DNA of 64,000 nucleotides, taken from positions 102,860,001 through 102,924,000 of the forward strand of contig CM059432.1 of the NCBI GenBank assembly GCA_030390025.1. The letters run 5' to 3'. Below, piece by piece: positions 13,477 to 25,160 of the stretch (within the stretch, counting starts at the first letter, position 1; the number at the start of each line of letters is the position of its first letter). Under the pieces are notes generated by a model, which had not been told where the DNA came from, made no database searches, and saw only the letters and a program-made list of their open reading frames with translations. Source of the stretch: Squalus acanthias. Taxonomy: Eukaryota. Position numbers and translations under genes: made by a program.

Positions 13477-15066
13477 GGTTTAGGAATTAGTTTGTGCCCG
13501 ACTTCAGTCACAAACTTAGCGACAAATAGAAATGGCCACGCTGAAACTGATGAGCAAGAGGACCAGGCCAAATTGGTCCCCTTGCATCATCATAACACAA
13601 CTCGCGTGCTGGGGATGCCCGTTGCACCCCATGGAGGCTGTGCGCCAGTCGCATAGAAAATGAAGATCGGGGACGCTGGCAGTGTTGCTTGTTCTATCTC
13701 CACATTCAGTTAGCAGCCTCCAGCAGTCCATTTAAGGACCACATATTTGGCTGCTCTGCGTCTGAGAGAACTGACTGCAGCATGCACGGCGCATCCTGAG
13801 CTCAGGCACTAACCAATTTCAGGAAGAAGCTTGAAATAGGTGTTAAACTCTCAATTTGCATAGGCAATGGGCCTAACACCTGCTTCAGGTGGGCACTTTG
13901 GATGACTATACGGCGCCCTAAGATGGTTGTGGTGGTTGAAGGTCAATCATCACAGCCCCAGGACATCGCTGCAGGAGTTCCTCAGGGCAGTGTCCGAGGC
14001 CCAACCATCTTCAGCTGCATCCTCAATGACCTTCCCTCCAACATAAGGTCAGAAATGGGGATGTTCGCTGATGACTGCACAGTGTTCAGTGCCATTCGCA
14101 AATCCTCAGATAATGAAGCAGTCCATGCCCGCATGCAACAAGACCTGGACGATGTTCAGGCTTGGGCTGATAAGTGGCAGGTAACATTCATGTCACACAA
14201 GTGCCAGGCAATGAATACCTCCAACAAGCAAGAGTCTAACCACCTCCCCTTGGCATTACCATTGCCGAATACCCCACCATCAACATCCTGGGGGTCACCA
14301 TTGGCCAGAAACTTAACTGGACCAGCCACATAAATACTGTGGCAACAAGAGCAGGTCAGAGGCTAGGTATTCTGTGGCGAATGTCTCACCTCTTGACTCC
14401 CCATAGCCTTTCCACCATCTACAAGGCACAAGTAAGGAGTGTGATGGAATACTCTCCACTTGCCTGGTTGAGTGCAGCTTCAACAACACTTAAGAAGCCC
14501 GACACCATCCAGGACAAAGCAGCCCACTTGATTGGCACCCCATCCACCACCTTAAACATTCACTCCCTCCACCACCGGCGTACTGTGGCTGCAGTGTGTA
14601 CCATCTACAAGATGCACTGCAGCAACTCGCCAAGGCTTCTTCGGCAGCACCTCCCAAACCCGCAACCTCTACCACCGAGAAGGACAAGGGCAGCAGGTGC
14701 ATGGAAACACCACCACCTCCAAGTTCCCCTCCAAGTCACACACCATCCTGACTTAGAAGTATATCGCCGATCCTTCATCGTCGCTGGGTCAAAATCCTGG
14801 AACTCCCTCCCTAACAGCACTGTGGGAGTACCTTCACCACATGGACTGCAGCGGTTCAAGCAGGCGGCTCACCACCACCTTCTCAAGGGCAATTAGGGAT
14901 GGGCAATAAATGCTGGCCTTGCCAGCGACGCCCACTTCCCATAAATGAATATAAAAAAAGAACCAGTATGGCAGAATGAGCGCGTGCACGCCGCACGCCA
15001 TATTGGACACTTCAGGACCTGTTTTGTGCCAGAAAAATGGGTGCTGTACAAACCAACTTCTAGGCC
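13477..15066. mobile_element. Harbinger-type MITE interrupted by a LINE
   Basis: Degenerate left TIR GGTTTAGGAATT, right end AACTTCTAGGCC, ATT on both sides. Confidence 0.65.
13921..14960 (+). mobile_element. 5'-truncated CR1-group LINE (RT C-terminal half and tail), same family as 48893-52174
   Basis: GVPQGSV.GP and MFADD reverse-transcriptase motifs; tail gggcaataaatgctggccttgccagcgacgccc...aaaaaaa. Confidence 0.9.
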
Positions 15067-15714
15067 ATTGTCTTTGAAATGTTGACTGGATGAAGTTATA
15101 TGCTAACTACAACCCCCTTGTACATGATAATATTTCACAGTGTTCATTTAAGTTATTTGACAATAAATGATATTAGTCTGTAGTATTCATTTATATATGA
15201 TGAACAGCATCATATATGGCAAACAGTTTTAACACTAAATACAAAGGGGGAAAAATTCGGTTGATTAGCACCTCCCGTTAGCGCCCTATGAGGGGCTAAT
15301 GGGGCGCAAAGCCAATAGCGCCCGGGCGTGGCGATGTTTGCGCCACTCGCGAAATTGACTAGACATTTTGCGGCGGCACTAAACGCTACCGCCACGATCT
15401 CCTGTGCCCGCAGATCATGACGTCAGTCGAGTGTGCAATGCCCCAGTAGCGCCCCGGACCTGATATTGAGTGACGCCCCCTGCCTTTCTGCCTGCCGTTA
15501 GCAATGACGTCAGGAAGGGACTGGGGGAGCGCTATTTAAAGGCGGACGCTTCCTGCCTTTTTTTGTCGGCGACATTTTTGCACCACGCATTCTGAGAGAG
15601 AGAGAGAGACACTTCTGGAGAGATTCAACACTGTGTGAAGGAGTTTTGGGTACTGAGCAGCACTTTGAAGGTTCATTTTGATTTGACCATCCTTGCATCG
15701 ATTTAGAAGAGACC

Positions 15715-16918
15715 ATGGGGGCTGCACTGATTCGGGGCATCATCCTGCACCTGCAGAATCGGAGGCAGCAGAGACGCAGAGAGAGAGTGGCAAACATGGC
15801 CAGAGGGAGGAGGGCCAACAGGCCTCTGCACAGGAGACCTTACCCTCCCAGGGTATTCCGGGAGCAATTCTCCTACATTCATTTGTCTGAGGAGCAGTGT
15901 TTGTCGCAGGCTGCGCTTCAGCAAGGAGGTGGTCACTGAGCTCTGCCACCTGCTGCAACCAGATCTGCAGCCTCAACTGAGGACCAGGATGTCTCTGTCG
16001 GCGGCAGTGAAGGTCACAGTGGCTCTGAACTTTTATGCCACCGGCTCCTTTCAAGCAGCTACTGGGGACATCGCCAATATCTCCCAGTTCGCTGTCCATT
16101 GTTGTATCCGGGAGGTGACAAATGCCCTGTATAAAAGGAGACACCAGTGCATCTCTTTCCCCATGACCCGGGCCAAACAACATGAATGCGCATGTGGCTT
16201 TGCTAGGATAGCGGGCTTCCCCATGGTGCAGGGCGCCATCGACTGCACGCATGTGGCATTGCGGGCACCGCATGAAAATGCAGAGGTATTCTGAAACCGC
16301 AAGGGCTACCACTCCTTAAATGTGCAGTAGGTCTGTGATCACAGACAGCTCATACTCGCCGTCAATGCCCGCTATCCTGGCAGCAGCCACGATGCTTTCA
16401 TCCTGCGCCAGACTGGTGTGCCAGAGCTTTTCCAGGCACCGCATCAGCCAAGTGGTTGGCTCCTCGGGGACAAGGGTTATCCACTCTGCACCTGGCTGAT
16501 GACACCGCTCCATAACCCCAACACCCCTGCCGAGCTGCAGTATAATGAGAGCCATATCGCCACCAGGAACATCATTGAGCAGACGATCGGCATGCTCAAG
16601 CAACAGTTCCGCTGTCTGGACCACTCAGGAGGAGCCCTACAGTACTCTCCTGAGCGAGTCTCCCTCTTCATACATGTGTGCTGCATGCTTCACAACCTGG
16701 CAATCCTGAGGACCCAGCCAATGCCACCAGGGATTGGTGCACCATCTGAGGAGGAGGAGGAGGAGGAGGAAGAGGAGGAGGATGAGGAGGAGGAGCATGA
16801 GGAGGATGAGGAGGAGGATGAGGAGGATGATCAGCAGCAGCACCAACGTGGGAGGGAGGCGCACAATGTTGCCACTGCAAGGGCTGTCCGTCAATGGTTG
16901 ATAACAAGCCACTTCTAG
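15715..16918 (+). pseudogene. HARBI1-like DDE transposase with acidic C-terminal tract; one frameshift and two stops
   Basis: [19 protein letters not shown] and RNIIEQTIG give the D-D-E triad. Frameshift near 15900; stops at about 16292 and 16328. Confidence 0.92.
16748..16830 (+). repeat. GAG/GAT trinucleotide tract (poly-Glu/Asp tail of transposase)
   Basis: (GAG)n with GAT/GAA interruptions, in frame with ORF 16418-16918. Confidence 0.9.
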
Positions 16919-17203
16919 GCCCCTACTCAGAAGATGGTTTCTGGCATGGAGAACAACATCATGGAAAGCAACCCGCACCACCTATTGCCGGCCAAAGCTG
17001 GAATGATTCCAAAGGCCCAAAATGTAAATTTTGAATACAACAACTTTTTTCTTTAACAAACTCTGTGTGTGTCATTTATTCAGGACAAACAATTAGAAAC
17101 AAACACAACAAATCATGATTCTCACAAGATGGAGATAAACGGCAAAACAGTAAACAAATGTAATCACACGAACCTCGACCTTTACTACAAACATTCCCAC
17201 CAT

Positions 17204-19122
17204 TTATTTAGACCTCCTACTGTTTGCCCTTCGAGGGTGATCTCCATCCCTTGCGCACTTCCCCCCTTCCCACCCTACTGCTCCACCGTAATGGGGCCCC
17301 AGTGGCTGTAGCAAGGCTGGTGGAAGGCTGCTGAATGTCAGATGCAGAGAACCAGATGCCCTTGAAGGATGCCCTCGACCAGCTCTGGGCCTGGAGGCCC
17401 CGGCTGCAGACTGCACCAACTCTGCATGGGCGGCAGCAGTCTGGGCTGGCTGTGTTGCAGTGGTGGGAGCAGGAATGCTGTCATCCTGAGAGAGGACAGC
17501 ACCTCCCTGCTCGACTGACACACTGGCACTCCCACGGGGCAGTACCTCAGCATCCGGAGCAATCTGCTGGAGCACAGATTGTTGGCCTGCTGTGGCACCG
17601 TGAGAGCCCCGGGGCAATGTGGCCGACCCAGCGAGGATGGCAGCAGTCAGTGCTTGCGTGACATCAATCTGAGACTGCATCAGAGCAGTCTCAGACTGGA
17701 TGGCAGCAGCCAGTGACTGAATTGCAGCACTAAGCCATTGCGTTGCGTCGGCCTGTGCTGCAGCGGAGTGCTCCACACTCCTTGCCAGTCCATCAATGCT
17801 TTCGGGCACCTTTGCCATTGCACCCATGAGCTCAGTGTGCATGCTCAAGGCCTGGCTATTAATTTCCGTGATTACGTGCTCCTCCTCCGAGTCCAGTGCA
17901 GCAGGACTCGTTTGCCTACTCGCCCTCCGGGGAGATGGCCCCGAGCTTCCCTACTCCCATGGTGTTGCTGCAGCCCGCTGGGTCCCGGAGCTCCGTCCTC
18001 ATCAGACCCTACCCCCCTGCTCCCCTCCAGGGAAGGCGTGGTCCCAGTGTGGGCATGGGCTCCCTCGGGAGACGCATGCGGTGAGGCTCCAGCTTCCTCT
18101 TCCTCCTCACCTGGGGCGTCGATGCCACTGGTTGGTTGAGGGACAGGCTGGTCAGCTGGTGGTTCACTATCTGAAAGCAGGGAGATACAAGAGTGGCTTT
18201 AGCGTCAGGACAGGGGGGCAGTAAGGGAGCAAGGACTGGAGACATTTAGTAAGTTGGATTGAAAGTGTAAAAGGCTGGTGTTGTGAGGGGCAAGTGGAAT
18301 GAGAGAGGAGAGAAAGCTGATGAACTTACCATTGCTGTCCCCAAGGGGGTCGACCTCTCCAGCGGCCACGACACCTATCACCTGGCTGGCAACGATCCTG
18401 TGCACGCACGCCTCCAAATCACTGAGGGTGTGTAGCTCACCCGGTCCTCTTCCCGTGCGATGCTGCTGGCGCCTGTTGTGAGATAGCTTGGCCTGCAAGA
18501 AAAAGGACGGCGTCTGAGTGAATGTGCAGCCATGGTCTTGCCTGATGTGCCTCCCATAGTTGAATAGCCCTTAATGTATGCAGCCATGGTCTTGCCTGAT
18601 GTGCCTCCCATAATTGAATAGCCCTTAATGTATGCAGCCATGGTCTTGCCTGATGTGCCTCCCATAGTTGAATAGCCCTTAATGTATGCAGCCATGGTCT
18701 TGCCTGATGTGCCTCCTACAGTTGAATACCCCTTAATGTATGCAAGGTGTGGAATGTGCGTGTGTGTTTTATGAGATGGCCATAGGTCTTGGATGAGTGT
18801 TGGGCATTTGGGGTTTTTAAACCCTCTGGGCACAGAGTGAAGTTAAGCTGGAGGGATGTAGAGGTATTGAAAAGCAGCCACTCACCCTGACCACCCAAGT
18901 GAGGTCGTTGAACTTCTTCCGACATTGGGTGTTGGTCCTGGGCACCATGCTCCTGGAGGAGACGTGCTGAGCCACCTCCCTCCAGACTCTTCTGTATTCG
19001 CGTGGCAATAGCCTCCTGCCACTCTTTGGGTAGAGTACTGTCCTTCGCTGCTCCACAGCACCAACCAGAGCCACCAAGGCCCGGTCGCTGTAACGCTGAG
19101 CTCTTTCCCCGGGCCTCTCCAT
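17204..19122 (-). pseudogene. Three-exon Myb/SANT-like gene of Harbinger
   Basis: Exon 1 19122-18886 MERPGERAQRYSDRALVALV...VWREVAQHVSS...RTNTQCRKKFNDL, GTGAGT donor. Exon 2 18492-18330 AKLSHNRRQQHRTG, GTAAGT donor. Exon 3 from 18170 is Ala/Gln-rich. Confidence 0.85.
18521..18744. repeat. 54-bp minisatellite, 4 copies, in Myb-gene intron 1
   Basis: Unit gcagccatggtcttgcctgatgtgcctcccatagttgaatagcccttaatgtat starts at 18526, 18580, 18634 and 18688. Confidence 0.95.
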
Positions 19123-20677
19123 TGTTCTTTCCAGCAGAATTGATGTACAGGTCTCTCCAGGCCGAGATTCAAGGCTGCAATGAGCAGGGTGTGGCTGGAC
19201 AGCAAGATCGACCCTCCCCTTTAAGAACTGGCCGGCGCCAGTCTGTTTGTGTTCCATAGCTAACTGACATCACCTGAGCTTCGCCAGCGCTCTGAGGTAG
19301 TGCCTCGCTCCTCGGCGTTAGCGCCTTAAGACAGGTGTGTAGCGCCTGATTTAGCGCTCAAATCTCCTCCAGGGGCGATAGAGGCCAAGTTTGCAGTCGG
19401 AGGTGATAATTAGCGGCAGGCGCTGAACTTTGCGTCTGGCCGATAATTGCGCCCCAAACGGGGCGATACCGAATTTCTCCCCCTTAGAACCTGTTCTGCT
19501 TTTATTCCATCTGAGCAGAAAAATTAATAAAGTATTTATGAAGCACACTTACTGCTCCTTCATGCTTAATATGGTTAAATTTCAACAATAATCAAAACAG
19601 CAGGTGGCACAGTAAATCAATGCTTTGGCTCCAAAGTGGTGCGACATAAATTCTGACGCACAATCTCCTACTTGCTAAATCCCCAATCCCGGATGTCTCA
19701 CCATGAAGGTGACATGCTTCTCTATAGGGGAAAGGAGAGAAACAAAAGGGCACCATCAATCTTCTACTAGCTGACTACTGAGCAGCACTGGAGAAGGCTT
19801 GGGTCTAGTCACCAGCCTGGCTTCTCAGCCACAGGCAACAGATCGGACAATTGTTAGCTCTTATTATGCATAAAGATTTTTCACTGATATCCCTGCATGA
19901 TGTCAACTGGTATCATAAGCCAATTTGGATGACACCTGTAGCATAACAGAAAGTACCACAGGCAGATATTCAAAATGTGGCAGCCTACAATTTTGATACC
20001 TTATTCACAATTTGTATAATTGAAGGATTTAATGAATTATGAAACCAAGATTAAAGCATGATGCATGCCAATATGATATATATCCCTTTGTTCACCAATA
20101 TAAGCAAAACGTGTTAAAAGTATAAAATGAGTTTCCACAATTGTTACTCAATTTAACTTATTTCACTTGCATTAGAAACTGGAGAGAAAATTACCTATTC
20201 TTTACAGCTAATAAAAAACACAGAATGTCAGATCCAATAACTCAACCAACTCAATCGAGCATTAGGATACACATTAAAATGTATACCCAAAGTGGCAGAA
20301 ATATTGGGCCATGCAGCAGAAGTACTTTCAAATAAAGACTCTCTGCATATATCCTGAAAGTCCCAAAAGTCATTAATATAAATTATATTTAATGTTTAGC
20401 AAAGAATAAATCTGTTAGAAGTTCTGTTGATTGTTTGCAAAACTTCTTGGGATTTTATATCTCTCTTTCTTCCTTCGTACTTTATAATGAAAAATGATGA
20501 ACGTTTTATTTCTTCTGGTCTCTTGCTGCTGCTGTCCTTGCTGCCAAATTGTTTCCCCTTGATGGCTTCTGTGCCATTCTGTTCCATTCCTTTCCAACTC
20601 ATATATGACAGTATTGCCAACACACATTTCAGCAATCAAAGTATTTAACCAGCCTTATATAATATAAATATAATATA

Positions 20678-20768
20678 CAAACAGAAAATGCTGGAAATAC
20701 TCAGCAGGTCAGGCAGTATCTGCGGAGCGAGAAACAGAGTTTCAGGTCGATGACGTTTCGTCAGAACT
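20678..20768 (-). mobile_element. Penelope-like 3' end with a damaged hammerhead motif
   Basis: Minus strand AGTT CTGACGA AACGTC ATC GACCT GAAAC TCTG; GTTAAC is missing relative to the other copies. Confidence 0.75.
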
Positions 20769-22279
20769 GCTGAATCAGCCTGTTGCATACAAGTTCTTGC
20801 AAAGTTGTCTGTTTTTTTTACTACAGTTGGTGTAAGCATGAAAACCTATTTTGTCTAGATAACTATAGTGCTGTGTTCTGATAAGCGATAAAGGATTTCT
20901 TGAGTGCAATTATATGATACACATGTTTGTTTTGTGGTATTCATGTTTTTACGTGCAAGTAATAGTAATTTCCCTACCCCAGACTACATCAAATCTTGTA
21001 ATCAACCTAATGGATGAACTGAATAGACTAACAGAGCAGCAACAGGAATTTGGGGCTGAAATCACTTGCAGTATAATGAATTAGGAAGTGTCAACTCCCT
21101 GCTCGCCAAGGGAAAAGGTTATTGGAAGATTGGTAGATGAAGGAATAGCACATCACAATATGCAGAGTATACGATGCCACGTTTGGAAGCTGTACAGCTC
21201 TCCATCTGTGTAATGCTACTGCCAGGAACAAAGGAGAAATAGCATTGTACCAAGGAACATGTCATATTGAGGGAAGAATTCTAATGTGAAGCCAGTTTAA
21301 AAAAACGGTACTGATGATATCTTGTCTTAGTGGCACTGCTTTATATCATAACCAGCTATATTGTTCAGAAGTAGTCAGACAGTCCACTGTTTAGCAGATT
21401 TAATGAATGTGAAATATTCTGTTCTACTTAATTCAGCTAAATGTAACATCAATTGTAGTGCTTATTCATCAAAATTGATCAAAGGTAGACTGAATAGCAG
21501 GCACAGAACTGAATAGCAAACTTAATAAAATGAAAAGTACTCTGCGTAATACAATTAAATCACGATCAATCATCATTCTTATTCATTCATTAATATTAGT
21601 AGACTGAATATCATATTTAATGAGGTGAAAAATGCTCTGTTTAATCCTTTTAACTGCTCAACTGTAAAAAGCCTTAGAGTGACCAGTTTTATGGTGAACG
21701 CAGTAGAAAACCTGGTGCTACTGCTTCCAGTGCTAGCTGAATGTAAAATGTTCTTGCTGTTTCAGTACATGTTGCAGAATGCTGTTAGTCTTTTTCACTT
21801 AATGATGGAAACTGTGTCCAGTACTGTGGATCCCTCCCCTTTTGCAGGAGGGTTTACTTGGAGACAAAGGGCAACAATCACAAGCCCTCTTGACAGCTGT
21901 TGAGGTCATTCACCTGGCTTCTCCTCAGTCACTAACAACAGTTTCCCTACCACAGAGTAAGAATCCATTCTGCTTAATCTTCTCTAATAGTCACTTGTGT
22001 GGTACATATAATTTCTAGGGTTATTTCTTCGCCCATTTCCCTTGGACTCCTCATATGTATCCTGTCAGGTCCCAGCACCTTGTTCTCTTCAGCTTAACTA
22101 ACTTCTCTAATCCTTTCCTTTTATTTATTATAATATCTTTCATCTTACTTTTGATTATTTCAGGATTTACCTCTTTTGTAAACAGTGAGGCGTAGTACTT
22201 GTTAAGTATCCCCGTCAATTTACATTTATCCTCTATGTGGGCCTACTGAACCCCACACTCTCCAAATGATTTTATGTTA

Positions 22280-23429
22280 ATAGGACTTGTTAAGCCCACC
22301 CTGCGAGGTTCCCGGCCAATTAATAGGAAGCGGGTCTGATGAAGTCATTTTGATGATGCGTCATCAGCCAGTTTCCTTAAAGGGGCCATGTCCAAATTGA
22401 TCTCGACAGTTGTGCTGTCAGTGTTCTGCAGCATTGAGGTGCTGCAAACACTGACAAGAACTGCACAAAGGTGCACGGCTGCACCCAGGCTCTTCCATGA
22501 CTCCCTCTATATGCTTATGGAGGGAGTCACAGCATGCAGGGAGGGTCTCTTCACTTCCCATGGGCGGAAGAGACTTCCCCAGGAGACCAACGCAGCCTGG
22601 TTGCACATTGCACAGGAGGGCACAAGCAGGGATGTTGTCAGGAGGACCAGGCTGCAGTGGCACAAATCTTTCAATGATCTCAGTAGATCACAAAACGTTA
22701 CTGCCAAGCCCCACTCAACCTCATCCTGCTGTGCCACTCATCACATCCACATCACTCTGCCTTCCCTACCCTACTCCTGCACATCTTTACTCACACCAAC
22801 TTACCTTGCACCTCCACCCATCCCTCTCTATCTACATTATCACTTCCCCATCTCACTAGCCACCCCTCACACTCACCCTCATCCTAGTGCAATCATACCA
22901 ACTAACAACACACAAGGGTAGGCAATTGGGTGTTTTGTGCAATGTTCATGTAAATTTTCTGTTAATGTGTTGGCAAACATTGAAATCTTTGTTTTCAACA
23001 CTCTACCTTATTGGACAGATCTGTGCTTACCTTTGGAAGTGTCTTAGTGAGTTCCAGTGAATGTTGAGACATAACTTTCTCCCCCACCCCCCCCAATTGT
23101 GATGAGTGTGAAATGAATGGCTTGGTCATTGTAGGGATGCTTTATGGTGCTGGTGTGGGGTGGTGTCAACCTGGCACATCATGTGGCAGCCAGGGTGTAC
23201 AGCGTCAAGTGAAGTAAATCTGGCCGTGGTGATGCTATCGCTGGCCTCCTGGGCAGCAATGTTGTTGGGTGATGATGCCCTGTGTCCTGTGCAGCATCAG
23301 GTGATTGCGGAGAAGGTTAGTATTGTTGTTGGTGATGTTGGTGTGCCTGGTGATGTTGGTGCTGGGGCTGATCATGGAGGGATTCAGAGGACCAAGGTGA
23401 GATATTTTCAATGGCACTGATGTTGATGG
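22280..23429 (+). mobile_element. Non-autonomous Harbinger derivative (Myb exon 1 remnant), same family as 55293-56907; truncated
   Basis: Long co-linear similarity to 55390-56399; remnant AWLHIAQEGTSRDVVRRTRLQWHKSFNDL. Confidence 0.75.
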
Positions 23430-24012
23430 TGGAGGATTCAGTGATGGTAATGTCATTGAATGTCAAGGGGTGATGGTTAGAGTCTCGCTTGTTGGAGATA
23501 GTCATTGCCTGGCACTTGTGTGGCGTGAATGTTACCTGCCACTTATCAGCCCAAGCCTGAACGTCGTCCAGGTCTTGTTGCATGCGGGCATGGACTGCTC
23601 CATTATCTGACGAGTTATAAATGGCACTGAACACTGTGCAGTCATCAGCGAACATCCCCATTTCTGACCTTATGTTGGAGGGAAGGTCATTGATGAAGCA
23701 GCTGAAGATGGTTGGGCCTAGGACACTGCCCTGAGGAACTCCTGCAGCGATGTCCTGGGGCTGTGATTGACCTCCAACAATCACAACCATTTTTCTTTGT
23801 GCTAGGTATGACTCTAGCCAGTGGAGAGTTTTCCCCCGATTCCCATTGACTTCAGTTTTACTAGGGCTCCTTGATGCCACACTCGGTCAAATGCTGCCTT
23901 TATGTCAAGGGCAGTCACTCTCACCTCACCTCTGGAATTCAGCTCTTTTGTCCATATTTGGACCAAGGCTGTAATGAGGTCCGGAGCCAAGTGGTCCTGG
24001 TGGTCCACCCAG
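23419..24012 (-). mobile_element. Internal RT fragment of the CR1-group LINE family of 48893-52174
   Basis: ALDIKAAFDRVWH, GVPQGSVLGP and MFADD; closely similar to 49566-50150. Confidence 0.9.
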
Positions 24013-24219
24013 GTATTTGCAGAATGTCAGCGTATGATGTTTCATCTGTCAAAATTTTTTGATGTTTTGATGGAGGCATTAAGCTTTTTTGACATTAAAT
24101 GGGTTAACACCTCCGTTAAAACAGCAGGCAGATAGGTAAATACAGTATTGAGCCATGGTCAAAGAGAATGTAGGTCAGAGAAAGGATTACAACACAATAA
24201 CTGTAATTCTTCATTCTGT

Positions 24220-25129
24220 AATAAAAACAGAAAAGGTTGGAAATACTCAACAGGTCAGGCAGCATCTGTGGCGAAAGAAACAGAGTTAACGGGCTGGATT
24301 TTACCAGCCCTGAGGAGGCGGGTTTGGAGGCGGGACTGCTGGGAAAATCAAAAAGAATGGGAGCGGGTCCCGAACCCGCTCCCAACCCACCGCCAACCAA
24401 TCTTCCCGGGAGTCGGTTCCCCGATTTGCGCAGGGACCCAGGTAGTTAACAGGCAGTTAAGAGGCTTTTTCCCATTTTGAGACTTCTGCTGCGGGCTTCC
24501 CGATGTCGGGGAACTCCGCCAGGGTAAGTGACGCATACTGTGGGTCTGTTGTAACGTTTGTGTATACATGACAGCTGCAGAAGTGGTGTGAAGGATGCAA
24601 TGGGACACTGGTGAGTATCAGAGGTAAGGAAATGTTGGGAAAGTCATTTTTAATGTGTTTAGATTTTTCTGTAGGTGACAAGCTTTGAAGTGTTTGTGTG
24701 GCCTCACCTCATTGGGAGAAGTGACAGATCGCTTCTGTACCCTCACCTGCAGCTCCCATCTGTTTTATCCTAAGGAGAAAGTCATTGGAGAGCCTCGGTA
24801 CAAGGGCTCACCTTTGTATAGAGATTGTCAGTGTTTGACAGCACCTCAATGCTGTCAAACACTGTCAAATCATCTGTCAAAAATAAATGGTTCATGTCCC
24901 TTTAAGAAAACTGGCAGATGAAGCGTCATCAACTGACGTCATCTGACACTGGCCTTAATTGGCCAGCAAGCCCATAGGGCGGGCTTAACAAGGCCAATCA
25001 GGGGAAAATAGCGTCTGTGCGTCGGATGTCGCTGGGGGTGGGACTAGAACCCGGAAGGCCATAGTTCCGCCCCCAACTCTTCTCGGCAGGTAAAATCCAG
25101 CCCAACATTTCAGGTCGATGACCTTTCAT
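24220..25129 (-). mobile_element. Penelope-like 3' end interrupted by a MITE
   Basis: 24220-24290 joined to 25107-25129 restores the tail seen at 48482-48580. Confidence 0.8.
24291..25103 (-). mobile_element. Harbinger-type MITE (related to 34937-35811)
   Basis: Perfect TIR GGGCTGGATTTTACC...GGTAAAATCCAGCCC; AAC TSD at 24288-24290 and 25104-25106. Confidence 0.9.
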
Positions 25130-25160
25130 TGCTGATGTTGCCTGACCTGCTAAGTAGTTC

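Larger units (their letters stand above)
15246..19483 (+). mobile_element. Near full-length (4.2 kb) PIF/Harbinger transposon
   Basis: TIR GGGGGAAAAATTCGG...CCGAATTTCTCCCCC enclosing a full transposase frame (+) and a three-exon Myb/SANT gene (-) in convergent orientation. TSD not preserved. Confidence 0.92.

Noticed and set aside
12315..15066. One large Pack-type element capturing host DNA (inverted ends, ATT on both outer flanks)
   Set aside because: A separate degenerate left TIR with its own ATT flank at 13477 explains the right end, and ATT is the commonest TSD here.
15715..16918. Domesticated host HARBI1 gene
   Set aside because: Frameshift and stops, enclosed by TIRs, and multicopy within the window.
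18378..18833. 151-aa ORF with GYSTMGGTSGKTMAAYIK repeats, or a CRISPR-like array
   Set aside because: Head-to-tail minisatellite without spacers, inside an intron of a eukaryotic transposon.
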